From assembly GCA_010909165.1 (NCBI GenBank), contig MU008163.1, forward strand, positions 2,046,001 to 2,110,000: 64,000 nt of DNA, read 5' to 3'. Positions within the stretch are counted from its first letter, which is position 1. Every line of letters begins with the position of its first letter. The notes under the pieces were generated by a model. It did no database searches, was not told where the DNA came from, and saw nothing but the letters and a program-made list of their open reading frames with translations. Origin of the DNA: Anthoceros angustus (Eukaryota; Plantae; Anthocerotophyta). Below are positions 12,560 to 24,304 of the stretch, piece after piece. A program made the position numbers and the translations under genes.

Positions 12560-13750
12560 GGAGCCAAACGATGGCCAAGACACGGACCCATGTGCACAAG
12601 CCACAGCCGGGCAAACACACCGAGAACTGCAACGCTACCCTGCATTTGCCTCCATAGAAGCCCGATGATGGCTGCCGTTAGCATTCTTGGAGTCTCGTTG
12701 CTCAGACACAAGTTTAGCCAAACTCTGGGACTTCAGAACCGTATGCTTGCTTCGCCCTCCTGGGCGAATTAAGCTGTTCTCAAACTCATGGATGCCCATC
12801 AGAAACTGGTCAAGGGAGTGATCGGTGTAGCACACCACCATAATTGGTCCACGGACATCCTCCTGATGGAGACTGCTTCCCGACTGGGCCATGGCATAGC
12901 TGGCGCTGGCGAGACCAATCCTCTGCTTCTTCAGATCTCTACCAGAATCCTGACGAGTAGCAACCCCACAAAAGTCTTAGATTCCTGACCCAGGAGGGCC
13001 TTGTATGATGGCTAGCTCCTTCGTGAGGCCGTGCTTGAGAGCCTTTCTCTGGCTGTAATCTAGAGCACAGACCTTCCACTCAGGCCAGGTTGATAGTATG
13101 TCGAAGGAATCTCTTCCAACTTCTGCCATCAACTCAGGGAAGGTCGATGCAAAACTGAACTCTCCGCTCTCAGGCCTACTTGCCACATAGCTTGGTGGCC
13201 CTACCTTGGGCTCCAAATCGATGAAGTGCTTGGTGAAAACTAGCTGCCTGCACATCTCCTCTCGTTGCAAGCTTTTGAGAACATGTGCGTATGCTTCAAA
13301 ATAGGCAGACGTTGACTCCACCATGACAAAATGTTGGCCTGGTTCAAACCAATGGCAGAAAGATGATTCGCTCCTTGCCGAGTCTTCCAGTGATGTTGGT
13401 AGCGTTGGCATAGTGTCCTTGAAGAGGCGGAGTGTCGCAAATTCGTCGTCAAAGAAACAGAGTAGGGGAGCCAAACATCAACCGTTTGGCTCTGTCCCAC
13501 CTAATCTCTCTCCGATTAGGAACCTTGAAGTGGACCCGAAGAGAATCAAGACGAAAGTGGAAACGTTGCAGTGTGTGTTCACTCTTGAACGCGACAAGAA
13601 CGATCTCAGCATCAATATCCTACCTCATACTGTATGCCTTCTCGACCGAATCGGACGCCAGGCCGAAAGCGAGCATCCACGTAAATGCTCAACTTCTGTG
13701 AGAACTCTTGTCAGCTCTCTGGCCTGCGTGGAGCCATGAGACAAACTCAA
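12560..13750 (-). pseudogene. ZNFX1 (NFX1-type zinc finger-containing protein 1)-like SF1 helicase fragment, disrupted
   Basis: IYVDARF...GIQYEVGY; IRWDRAKRLMFGS...DDEFATL; MVESTSAYFEAYAHVLKSLQ; LDYSQRKALKHGLTKELAIIQGPPG(SG)-KTFVG (Walker A, frameshifted); PIMVVCYTDHSLDQFLMGI...IRPGGRSK. This motif order matches ZNFX1/Hrr1 helicases. Stops and frameshifts present. Confidence 0.8.
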
Positions 13751-14041
13751 CACTTGTCAATACAGCCCCAAAGGCACGGCATGGATGCATCCACTCCCCG
13801 TCCAGTATACCATGTTGTGACAATGTCGGCAATCTGTGAGTTCATCATGACAACAGGTAGATGTTTCATGTCCGAGTTTTGGAAAATCGCTGAAGCCGTT
13901 CATCCCATCCTAGAGGTTAAGCACGAAATCGCAAATCTGTCAAAGTTTCTGCTGTCCGCGTTGTCTGGTTTCACAATTGAGAACATATTTTCTCTTTGGG
14001 TACAGTGAAATGTTACAACCTGAGCTAGCTACTTTAAAATT

Positions 14042-15264
14042 TCATTGTTCCACGGTTTGCACCCTAGGATGTCGTCTCTCAATTGTTGATAAGGTTGTCT
14101 GAGAGTCACTTGTGACAGCTGATGCGCCGGAATCTTGTTGAACTTCTTCCTCCTGTCCTTCTCTGCTGTCTACTTGAACATAATCCTCATGTTCGACTTC
14201 TGCTGGAGATCGGACTGTATTACTGACTCTCGATGCATTCGCTTGGGCTTGCCTGGAGACAGAGATTGACCACTAACTGAGATCAGCAAACCACGGAAGG
14301 AGGCAACCTAGCAGAGATTCAAATACCCGTCTCTCCGTCAGTGCAAAAAACAGCGCTAACTTACTGAGGGAAGGGTGACTTGTCTGGAAACGGTCTCTTC
14401 AGCTTTACGTCATCGTCAGCATTCTTGTGCAAGACGTAGATCGAAAACAAAGGATGCTCAAAAACACTCATGGGCTGCATCACTGCGACAAAAAATCCAA
14501 GGTTGAGGTTTGATCCTCACTCTGCAGGTAGCAAAAGTCTCAACCGCCACTTTGCCAAAGCCATCATTGCTGCTCTCATATCACAAGCAAACAGCAATAG
14601 CAATGGCAATGGCAAGCATAGCAAAAGACAAAACCGGTCACCAACTGAAAGCTGCCTACCAGCTTGAAAAAGAAGCGGAGGCACCACCCCCATGTAGACA
14701 TGTATGAACGTGGTGATCCCTGCTCCCTGCACGTTCACAAAATTCAGACTCTTAAACCCTGATCAGCTGAAAGAAAGCACAAACAGCATCAAACACTGGA
14801 TCGGGAATCGCCCACCATCAGAAGCTTAGACAACAACGTCCGCAACTCCGAAAAATCGTACTGCTGATAAGACACAGTCTCCCCCTCCCTGCAAAACACA
14901 AGTCCTCTACACTTCAGGCCGTCAATCCAAACAAAACCTACGCAGCTGGCAGCCATCACAAAACCCACAAATCTTTTCAGATCCGCTTCCCTTCCCTACA
15001 CAACAATCAATCCACCAGGACAGACAGGAAGCCTTACTCTCCGGAAGTTGCAGCTTTGCTGAGCTGAACAGTCTTGGTGGAATCGCCTCCCCTCTTAATC
15101 TCGTACGCGATGTAGCCGCAGCACAAGAGTATCGCAATCTGGGACAGGCCGTACACGACCCGCAGGAGCAGGCGGTTGGCAGGGTCGTCGTATTGGAATT
15201 TGAATACCTTGAGCACCAGGATCAGCAAGGGACATATCATCATCTTCCAACTCAATGCCGCCAT
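14042..15264 (-). CDS. Pho88/SND3-family membrane protein, multi-exon
   Basis: Exons MAALSWKMMICPLLILV...LLLRVVYGLSQ; YQQYDFSELRTLLSKLLM; TFIHVYMGVVPPLLFQA; PMSVFEHPLFSIYVLHKNADDDVKLKRPF (family-like LKRPF), then an acidic tail ending ...VQTVEQ* at 14042. Confidence 0.75.
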
Positions 15265-16734
15265 GCTGATCTCTCAACCTCAGTCGGAATGCGCGCCGCT
15301 GATGCCTTCCGCTTCTGCAGCCCCGCACCGCGGTGTGAAATTATTTCCAGACCTAATCCCGAAGCTGCAAGAATTGTGCACCCCTCTGGCGTGTTGCTTC
15401 CACCCGACTCTCCAAACAAAAGCACGCGGCAACAAGACCAACGCGTGCTGCAAATGTTATAAAGGTAACCCAAAGCAACCCAGACAGTGTCCAGAAAATA
15501 GAAACATAATAAAAATTTGGAATGTCAGATTGAGTTTTTAGGCTGGTTTCGAGTGACCGGCCGGGCTTGGCTATACGATAGATCGGGGAGCCCAGTTACA
15601 GGCCACATCCCGAATTGGCACTACCTATCTGGGAGTGGCTCGCTCTAGACTCTAGAACCCATTTAGGACGGTGTCTCAATGGGAATTTTTAATTTTTTTG
15701 AAAATAATTTTAATCTATGTTTCTCAATGTAAAATTGAGAAACATAAAAATTTAGATTCTATCAACAAGTTTTGTAGAGAGCAAAGACCAGTTTCACAAA
15801 TTCCAAGCCGTTTGCTTAGAAGATAATCTTCATGTATGCGTGTGTGGGCGATAAGCCTAGAAGCTGAATCACTAATCGGGATGGGTGTGTGTGGTTAAGG
15901 AGTGTCAAAGGCTCAGCCTGAGAATGGCTGGTAACCAGTCTTCGTATAAAACGAAAGCCTCATGCTTCCCTTATAAGACATACCCACGTTCTAACTTCAT
16001 TCCTGAGACCTTGCCAAGTTGCCAAGCTAGTTGCCTACAGCTATTCCTTGAACGCTTGTTTGCAAATCCAACTTTTTGTTTTCTATCGGTATCGCTAGTA
16101 GCCCTGCTCCTACACGAGGGTGTGCATTCCCAAGTACCAATTGTGGGCCAACATCCTTACCATCATCATAAAGGAGAGTACGGCGGCGCCGCAAGGTTGC
16201 ATCATTTGGCACTCGGCTCGTCGAACTGACCCAACGACCAGATCGCTCGCGGACGTCAATTTATACTGGTGTTTAGAGTCGTAACATCGTGAAGAAGCCC
16301 GAGCCAGCCCTCTCATCAGGAAGGGCCTGTTCGTATCATTGTCCAAAGTTTCATACATCTATGTGATAAATCTACAGAGTGTGATGTTCGATGTTCTACG
16401 AGTTTGCATTTACAAGTGATAGCACATCCATGTGTGATTAGAGACAATACAAAGAGTGTACCTCGTTGAATATCTGTTTTTGCAACAGCCACGTATCAGC
16501 TTGGGCCCTTGAGGGAAAACGACATTTCACACCTTGGTACCCCCGGCAGGTCCACACATCTTTGTGGCTTGAGCCTGGTCCATAGCTCATCTGCAAGGCC
16601 ACCTCAGCTCTCAGATGTGACATCCTTGCATCATCTGTGTTGTATGAGTTTGAGATATGGTTTGGAGGATTGAAAACTTTGTGCTTCTCAGCATGTGTTG
16701 AAGCTCAAAACTTTGTTGCCTAGACACCTTTAGC

Positions 16735-17190
16735 TTGCATATATATTACAGGACTCCTCATGACAATCCAGATGAGCACGTCACATGCTTAGAGAGTGTA
16801 TTACGATCCTATAGCATGGGAACGGAGAGAAAATACCTAAAATATTTCCCTATCTCGTTGTGGGAAAGTGCGAGATCAATCTGGTTTGAAAGACTTGACG
16901 AGGATATTGATCAGTTGGACTGCCCTAGCTTGTGTGTTGCATGTCTTGCCAAGTTCAGAAGTCCTTAATCTCAAAGTGACTGCCATTAGCAGTTGCTCAA
17001 CCTATGCCAGGACAACCACGAAAGCATTGCAGTTTACGGAGAAAGCACAAAGATCCTAACTAAGACGTTGAGCTACACAGGAGATGAGCTTATGAATGTG
17101 AAGGAGTGTTTTTTGAGAGGCTTTAATACCTTGGACAAAGCACTGAGTCGTTGTACCACCAGCAAGCACAGGCATGTAGCTAGGCCATAG
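16735..17190 (+). mobile_element. Highly decayed retrotransposon gag-like remnant within a TE-rich, AT-rich intergenic tract (~15.7-20.3 kb)
   Basis: KYFPISLWESARSIWFERL resembles the retrotransposon gag LFPFSLxGxAxxWF motif. No intact ORF. Confidence 0.35.
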
Positions 17191-20100
17191 CGTGAAGAAT
17201 ACTGGTACGTTCAAGGTTTTCTTAAATCCAGCTCTTGCAGCAACTTCTTAGCATCTTTGTCGCCACCGCCTAGACATTAAAGTGGGCGAGTGGCTCTTAA
17301 GCCTGTAAAGACAGCGGGAAGTGAAAACCTTAATTATGAAGACATGATGTGGAAGATTGTTCGTTAGGGGAAGTCATTTCTATGCTCCCCTGCCAAGCTT
17401 AGCCATCTGAGCATGCATGATAAAGAAGTGTTTCAGTCAAAGCAGACCTTGTGTTCAACAATGTGTTTTTACTGAGGTGTGAAAGCTGGTTTGTGGTAAG
17501 TTCGTTTCAAGTATCTATGTCAATTGTACATGAGTGTATTCTCTAAGGGCGAAATCAGGGTTGCTACAACTAAAGCAAGATTTTAGTAGGACAACGCCAT
17601 AAAGTGGTGAGCCTTATGTGTGGTAGTCTAAGTGGAGCGCTGTGTTACAACTTTGAGGACAAGTGATCATAATCAAGGGATAGGCGGACCAGGTCGCTCG
17701 TGAGTGTACCAGTTGTGAGAGGGCAGCTAAGAATTTATATCATGATGCTCGTGCTTACGTACGTTACAGCCAGATGGTCAGAATTGCTTGTGTCCGAGAT
17801 TTTTGTGATAACCTTAGTAATATGAGATAATGAGTGATGGAGCTGCGTATTCTCGCTTACCCCCAAGATCAGAATAGCTAATAGCAAGAATGTATATAAG
17901 TGCGATGACATTTAAGCCATCACCACGTTGAAGGGCATTTTTGTGTGTCATATCCACGGTACTTGTATTCTACACCTTTCTTTTTGAACCTACACATCGG
18001 TTGACTCTGGATCATTATTTTCTAAACGACCGGCCCTTCTGGGCACTTTCTAAATAAAAATAACGAGAAATTAATTATTGTCTTTCCTTAGAAAATTATC
18101 CAATTTTAAATTCAAAAAAATATGTCCCACAACCTTGCAAAGAAGTGCTTTCTAATGCGATATGCTTTGACCCATTCTATACAATTGCTTGAAAGTGAAG
18201 AACGGCTATGATGATTCTCGGAAGGGCACTTTTCTCTATGGTTTGCACAATTAAATTGTATAGCCAAATAAGCTGCATAGCCAAATAGGCTGCATGCGAG
18301 ATCACTGGCAAGGTGGCATGAATAGAAGTGTTCCATACAAAAATCACACAGAGCAAAGCTGAAAGCAGTGGATTTCCAGGTGTTTTGAACATAGAAGTCC
18401 TTCACAAACTGAATGAAACTTCAAAACGTTCTATTGGGCGACAAAACAAAACGCGTCCAAGCATGCCCCCGAACATGAGCAGTACCCGCTTGTCGTGGTC
18501 GAAGTCCACTGCCACATGCTCTTGCCCAATTGGATGGCTTGCTTGACACTTGTACCTTCATGGGAACTAGAGCGTTTGACGCAGCGTCGCTAGCAGCGCA
18601 CAGTGCGGTTGGGAGTTATCGTGGTCCGTGGAGAGGCTTAGACAAAACGCATGAAAACCAAAGACGAGAAACAAATATGGCGATTTTTATCCAATCTCTC
18701 ATTGATGCTTTGGGTGAATCCTGATCCATTTTTTGTGTTTCTTAGCAAAGAAAGATAGTGCTTTCAGCGGCGAAAACACCCATGATTTTTCCCAAAAATT
18801 GTAATATCACAATTGCATGCAATCGCCTGCAGAATATGCAAAAAGGTTCAATTCGGAACTTTTGGTTGTTTAGGGGTTAAAAATACCCCAATCCAATGAT
18901 TGAGAACTAGGTTTGAACCATGGTTTAGTTCAGCACATTGAGGCTCAAGTCTCGACTCGGAAAAATGTTATAAAGAGAAGTTGTAACTCTTTAATAATAA
19001 CACACGTTGTCACCCTTTTCATGGGTGTTGAACCACATCCTTGCGTAAAGTGTGACAAACTATCCAAGATTATGATAAAAAGAATTTAAAACTGTAGTAA
19101 AATGTATGATAATACCACCCTTATTGTAATAGTGGTAGGAGATCTTTGCAAACTTTCCTACCTGCATTCTCTAAGTTTTGCATCCCGCAGTGCTGAAGTC
19201 TCCGTGACCATCCTGGTTGAAGATTGCTTGTAATCAAAAAGTTTAGACTTAGGGTCTATTTAGACCCACCTAGTAAGAGCATTGTAGACCCCTACAATCG
19301 TCCACCAGCACACACATTTCATGTGCTGGTAAAGGTTTCAAATTTGCAACTACAAGTAGTCTTAAGAAACTTGGGTTACAATCATTAATTGAATGATTGA
19401 GGTCATCGAATCAAGATGCCCATATATTCCTATGGAATAATTTGCTTCAAATCATTGTTAATATCCAGTGCAAGCTACCCTCTAAAAATGACCAGACTCC
19501 ATTCAAGTACTTTAAAAACAATCCCCAATTAAACATGTTTAGTAGTATAAACAAAACTACCTAATTCAATTATATTGAACTCGAACTTCAAAAGATCATA
19601 CTTTCAATATTGTTGAGCAAGGAAATATACTCTTTGCTAAAGATCAAAAGTCTTCACACAAATCAATGATTTTCATCATGGCTAGCCTACTTTTATACTG
19701 TTAAGCATCCTTGACTTAGTTGTTTCCAAATTTTAGCCCATAATTCTGAAACATATATGCTAAATCTTATCTTGGTACAATCCAACAAGTCCGGTCTTAC
19801 TTTTTTGAGCTCGGTTAGTTTTGTGGACCATTTAGGATATATTTTTTTGGGATATTACTTGAACAACGAAATTATATTCGTTCTCTTTTTTGCTTAGTGA
19901 ACTTCATCGTGGATAGAATTAAGAGTAGCGCTTTCGTAACGAACATACCTACAAGGCTTTTTTACAATAGGGGATGGGTAGCACCCCATCGTAAGCTACT
20001 CAAGGGTGCTTGACCGTGAAGTTCCAACATACCCACATCTAGGTGTCATGGAGGACACTCGTTCTCTTTTAGATATATTATGTGATAGCTTGTATATTGA

Positions 20101-20736
20101 ACATTATATTTTTAGTTTTTCTATCATATTTTTATTATTTCATTCATTCCTGTTGATTATATATTTAGCCATATACCCAAATTCACTGTAATAGCTACTA
20201 TAGAAGCGTTGGTGAAACTCGATGACGGTACTAGTAGCATTTATTAATTTATATTGGTAATAAAAGATCGATTAATCTAAAGTTGTTGACTTGGTAACAG
20301 GATGAACCGATATTGAAGGAAAATACCGGTCACCGATGTCCAAATTGCCGAGAATTACGGGTCTCAAAAAGACACGGAGGGGATATTTTCAAAGTGACCC
20401 TAAATCGGCGTTCCCGATTTGCAACCAAACGGTGCACACGAAACGCGTCCCGTCTGGAATTTCGTAGTTAGATATGAAAAGGCCTAACCATGATGTAATG
20501 GTACGGGACTGCATTTCCGTAATGGGACCTGCTACCTAGTGGAATTCTGCTCCTCCATCGTCGAATAGCAGCGTCGTGAAAAACAAACGTTGGCGTTGCG
20601 GAAAGGCGGGTGGAATAGCAACGTCGTGAAAAATAAACGTTGGTTGACCAGTAGGGTTTGCGGAAAGGCGGGAAAGAGCAGCAGGTGCGATGGCGGTGGG
20701 GGCGACGGAGCTGTAGAGATACCTGGAAGGCCCCCG

Positions 20737-21996
20737 ATGGCGAGGGAGACGTACGAGACGCTGCAGGGTGCGAACAAGAGGCTGGCGGATCATGTTGCGC
20801 AGGTGAGCGACGCATTGAGCGCGCAGGATGGAGGAGCGTTGGCGTCTCTCCTGGCGGTGTCGTCCCCGTCGGGAGCGCAGGCAGGCTACCGGGAGGCTGC
20901 GGCGCTGGTGTACGACTCGGCCAAGGATCTGAGCCGGTTTGTGAAGCTGCTGGACAAGCAGCACGCGGCGCTGGGGGACATGCTGGTGCAGCACTTGCGG
21001 TGCGCGCAGCTGTACAAGCAGGGGAGGTTCGTGGAAGCTTACCTGTGCCTGGAGAGGTGCGCCAATTCCTTCTTGCAGGAGTTTCGGAACTGGGAGTCCG
21101 GGTGGGCCATGGAGGCCTTGCATAAGATAGTGTACGAGCTGCGGAGGCTGGCGGGGATGGCAGACCGGGAGATGGCGGCGCAGGGCAAGGTTCCTGATAA
21201 GCTCAATGGAGCTGGCTCCTTTCTGATGAAGGTGTTCGGGGCGCTGGCGGGGAAGGGGCCTAAGAGGGTGGGAGCATTGTATGTCACCTGCCAGCTGTTC
21301 AAGGTGTACTTCAAGCTGGGGACTGTGAATCTGTGCAGGAGTGTGATTCGGAGCATCGAGACCGCCAGGGTGTTTGAATTTGAGGAGTTTCCTGCAAGGG
21401 ATCGGGTTACGTACATGTATTACACAGGAAGGTTGGAGGTGTTCAATGACAACTTTGTGGTGGCAGACCAGAAGCTCATGTACGCTCTGACGCACTGCAA
21501 GCGGATGGACAAGAAGAACATGAGGTTGATATTGAAGTACCTTGTGCCGGTGAAGTTGTCTCTGGGATTGCTTCCCAAGAAGCAATTGTTGCCCAAGTAC
21601 CAGCTGTCGGAGTACACTGACGTGGTGCGTGCTTGCAAGTACGGGGACATCCGGCTGCTTCGCCATGCGCTGCAGGCTCATGAGGATCAGTTCTTGAGGT
21701 CGGGTGTTTACCTGGTTCTGGAGAAGTTGGAGCTTCAGGTGTACCAGAGGCTGATGAAGAAGATTTACATTCTTCAGAAGCAGAAGGAGCCTAACAAGGC
21801 ACACCAAGTGAAAATGGACACCATTGTTAGGGCTCTGAGATGGCGGGACGTGGATATGGATATAGAGGAGGTTGAGTGTATTATGGCTATACTCATCCAC
21901 AGGAACTACATGAAGGGTTACTTCTCCCACAAGAGCAAGGTGGTGGTGTTGAGCAAGGTGGATCCTTTCCCGAATATGAACTCCAGACATGAGTGA
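20737..21996 (+). CDS. EER5: PCI-domain TREX-2 subunit EER5/THP1/PCID2, single exon
   Basis: Continuous ORF with FLQEFRNWESGWAMEAL, KRVGALYVTCQLFKVYFKLGTVNLCRSVIRSIE, VTYMYYTGRLEVFN, YLVPVKLSLG, GYFSHKSKVVVLSKVDPFP. Start placed at ATG 20737 (ORF track starts at an upstream TTG). Confidence 0.93.
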   Translation: MARETYETLQGANKRLADHVAQVSDALSAQDGGALASLLAVSSPSGAQAGYREAAALVYDSAKDLSRFVKLLDKQHAALGDMLVQHLRCAQLYKQGRFVEAYLCLERCANSFLQEFRNWESGWAMEALHKIVYELRRLAGMADREMAAQGKVPDKLNGAGSFLMKVFGALAGKGPKRVGALYVTCQLFKVYFKLGTVNLCRSVIRSIETARVFEFEEFPARDRVTYMYYTGRLEVFNDNFVVADQKLMYALTHCKRMDKKNMRLILKYLVPVKLSLGLLPKKQLLPKYQLSEYTDVVRACKYGDIRLLRHALQAHEDQFLRSGVYLVLEKLELQVYQRLMKKIYILQKQKEPNKAHQVKMDTIVRALRWRDVDMDIEEVECIMAILIHRNYMKGYFSHKSKVVVLSKVDPFPNMNSRHE

Positions 21997-22369
21997 TGGT
22001 CACATGCCTCAACGCTGCGTGTCTCAAGTTTGGAGGACCGGATCTTCCCAATACCTTGCATCTAAGAATGGTCCACTGCTGCTCCACCAAGTGACGTGGT
22101 GGTATCTCAAGTCCACCACAGTCTGGAGATGGACAACCTTCTCTCCGCAGCTCGCACCCCAGTTTGCCCTGTGAGGCATGGACTCCGGAGGTGTCTCATA
22201 AATAACAGCCGGCGATATTTAGGCAATGATGGGCAGTATCGTGAGGAGTCAACGCACTTCCATTTGTCAACGGGAGAAGGCGATTTCATCAACTGAGGGA
22301 TGGAAGACGAATCGAGAGAAGATGAACATCAACCCACACCCAAGCCTTTGGTTCGAAACTCTGTATGTA

Positions 22370-24131
22370 TTAAGGCTTCCCGAAGAATGATAGCAAGCTT
22401 TTCTGCCTCCCGTCTTTGACAGGCAACTTCGGTTTTTTCGAGCTTGGGGACTCTGCTTCCGTTATCCTCTTTTTGCCTGTTGAATGCGTCTTGCTATCAG
22501 CTACGGCAGAGGCTTGAGCGGGCCTCACAACAGATTCTGGCTTTGAAGGAGTCAATGGGGTAGAATCCTTCTCTTCTAAATTCATTTGTGCCTTACTAGG
22601 CCCGCGTTGGACAGCCTCAGTAACGTCCTGATCAGGTTCTTTTGCTGCAAGTATGGCCTTCTCCTCTTCAGCTCCTTCGGAATCGCTAGGGACAGGCTCC
22701 AGGCCTTCAGCTGCAGATTTCCCCTGGTGTGGAGGGGACTCCTCCTCGAGAGCTTTGATAGCCTTCTTTGTACCGAACATTTGAGCAATATCGCGGTTGG
22801 TTCTGGCCTTGGATTTGACCTACAGGCCGAGCCCTGTGAGAAAGCTGCAGAACTGCGACAAAATTGCCCTCTACATCTTGAGTACCCACCTCCTCGACGC
22901 ATTCAGGACCATTGAATGATGGCTTCCCCATCTCAGGTGTAACTGGAATCCAGACCTGCACAACGAGAACCAAACGTCAAACAGAACTCGTCGCTAATGA
23001 CAAAGCCTATGGGACAGAATGTGAGTGGAGGGGCAGACCAAATCCAAGCCTTCATACGGCTGTGTCAGCCTTTTGAGATCACCTTCTGAAAGCTCTACTT
23101 GAAGCCAAGATTTCACGGCATCCTGGTCCCCAAGCATCACTGGCATCCTGTCTAAACAACCAATGTCAGAGCCACCCCCAAAAACTCTGTTTCTATCTAC
23201 CCCAAGCAATCCTGCACTTGTACCTACCATGGAGCCACTCTAAGGCCTTGGAGCAGCGAGTAGTCAGAATTGTAAACGTGTGCATAACATTTCCTGCAGC
23301 GAAGCAGGAGACACTTGAGAAAGTACAAGCCACCAAAAAATCATTCGTCGCCCTCTGGAACAAACCTTCAGCATCAGTCCAGCTGTCGTAAAGTGCTGCA
23401 AAGACGAGAGGCCTGCCGTCCTGCAAGTGCACATAATAAGGCTGCTTTTTAGCTCCATCTTTCTTCCACTCATAGAACCTGCTTCCCATGTACATCACAC
23501 CAACTGTCAGCAAAACAACACAGCGCAGCAAGGCAAGCAACCCACCAACGGCCCCCGCTCTGTCACATACCCCTCCACCGCAACCACACACCTCCTCCGC
23601 GGCAAGAGACGTCGAAAGGAAGCCTTCTGGTTCACCGACTCGGATCGAGCATTAAACTGCAAGCAACGATCAGACGTTTCAGCCCACAACACCAAACCGT
23701 CACCACAACCGAAATTGAACTGAAAGAAGTCAAGATGAGCAAGCGAAGCATGCGAGTTCTGGAACTCTTTCACAAAACCTACCATCCGGAAAAAATCCGG
23801 CTTCTCGCTCTTCTTCGTGAAGCTTGGAACCAGCCCCCATCTCATGGCTTGCACAACCGGCTCTGCAGCCCCCTCGGTGCTCTCGTACCGCAGCACCGGC
23901 ATGTAGGCTCCCGGGCAAACATTGTAGGACTGCCGGCATCTGAGACAGTAATGATCTCACCGTCAACAGCCATTCCCGTCCAAGCAACATCCTTCGTCCC
24001 AGTTGTTCTGAAATTGTGGAAAGCGCAGGAACTGCATACCGGTCTGCATCCACAGTTCGAGCTGGAGCTGTGATCCCGCAAGCTGCCGGCACTGCATCCG
24101 GCCTTAGAGTGCACCGTGCTCTGCCGCACAT
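22370..24131 (-). CDS. HMCES: SRAP-domain abasic-site processing protein (HMCES), multi-exon
   Basis: N-terminal MCGR (catalytic Cys2), MRWGLVPSF, FNARSE, RRCVVAVEG-FYEWKK, FTILTT, H-DRMPV; C-terminal PIP-like QKSLLSFF. Confidence 0.95.
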
Positions 24132-24304
24132 CTTGCACTTCGGAGCTGCATCAAAATTTCATCCTTTTCGGCAGGATTCCGGGCAAACCCTTGCTTGTTC
24201 CGAGTACAACACTCGAGAGCGTTTTGAAAAGCCTCTCGCCATGTTCGGCTCGGTCGTGAAGCTCGCTCCCTGGTGATCCATGGCCGACCGTGGACGCGAG
24301 CAGG

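Noticed and set aside
17200-20300. Possible LINE/Gypsy pol remnants in the AT-rich tract
   Set aside because: Only vague resemblance; no motif could be read convincingly.
20536-21990. 484-aa minus-strand ORF overlapping EER5
   Set aside because: Exact antisense shadow caused by GC3-biased codons; His/Leu/Gln-rich with no motifs.
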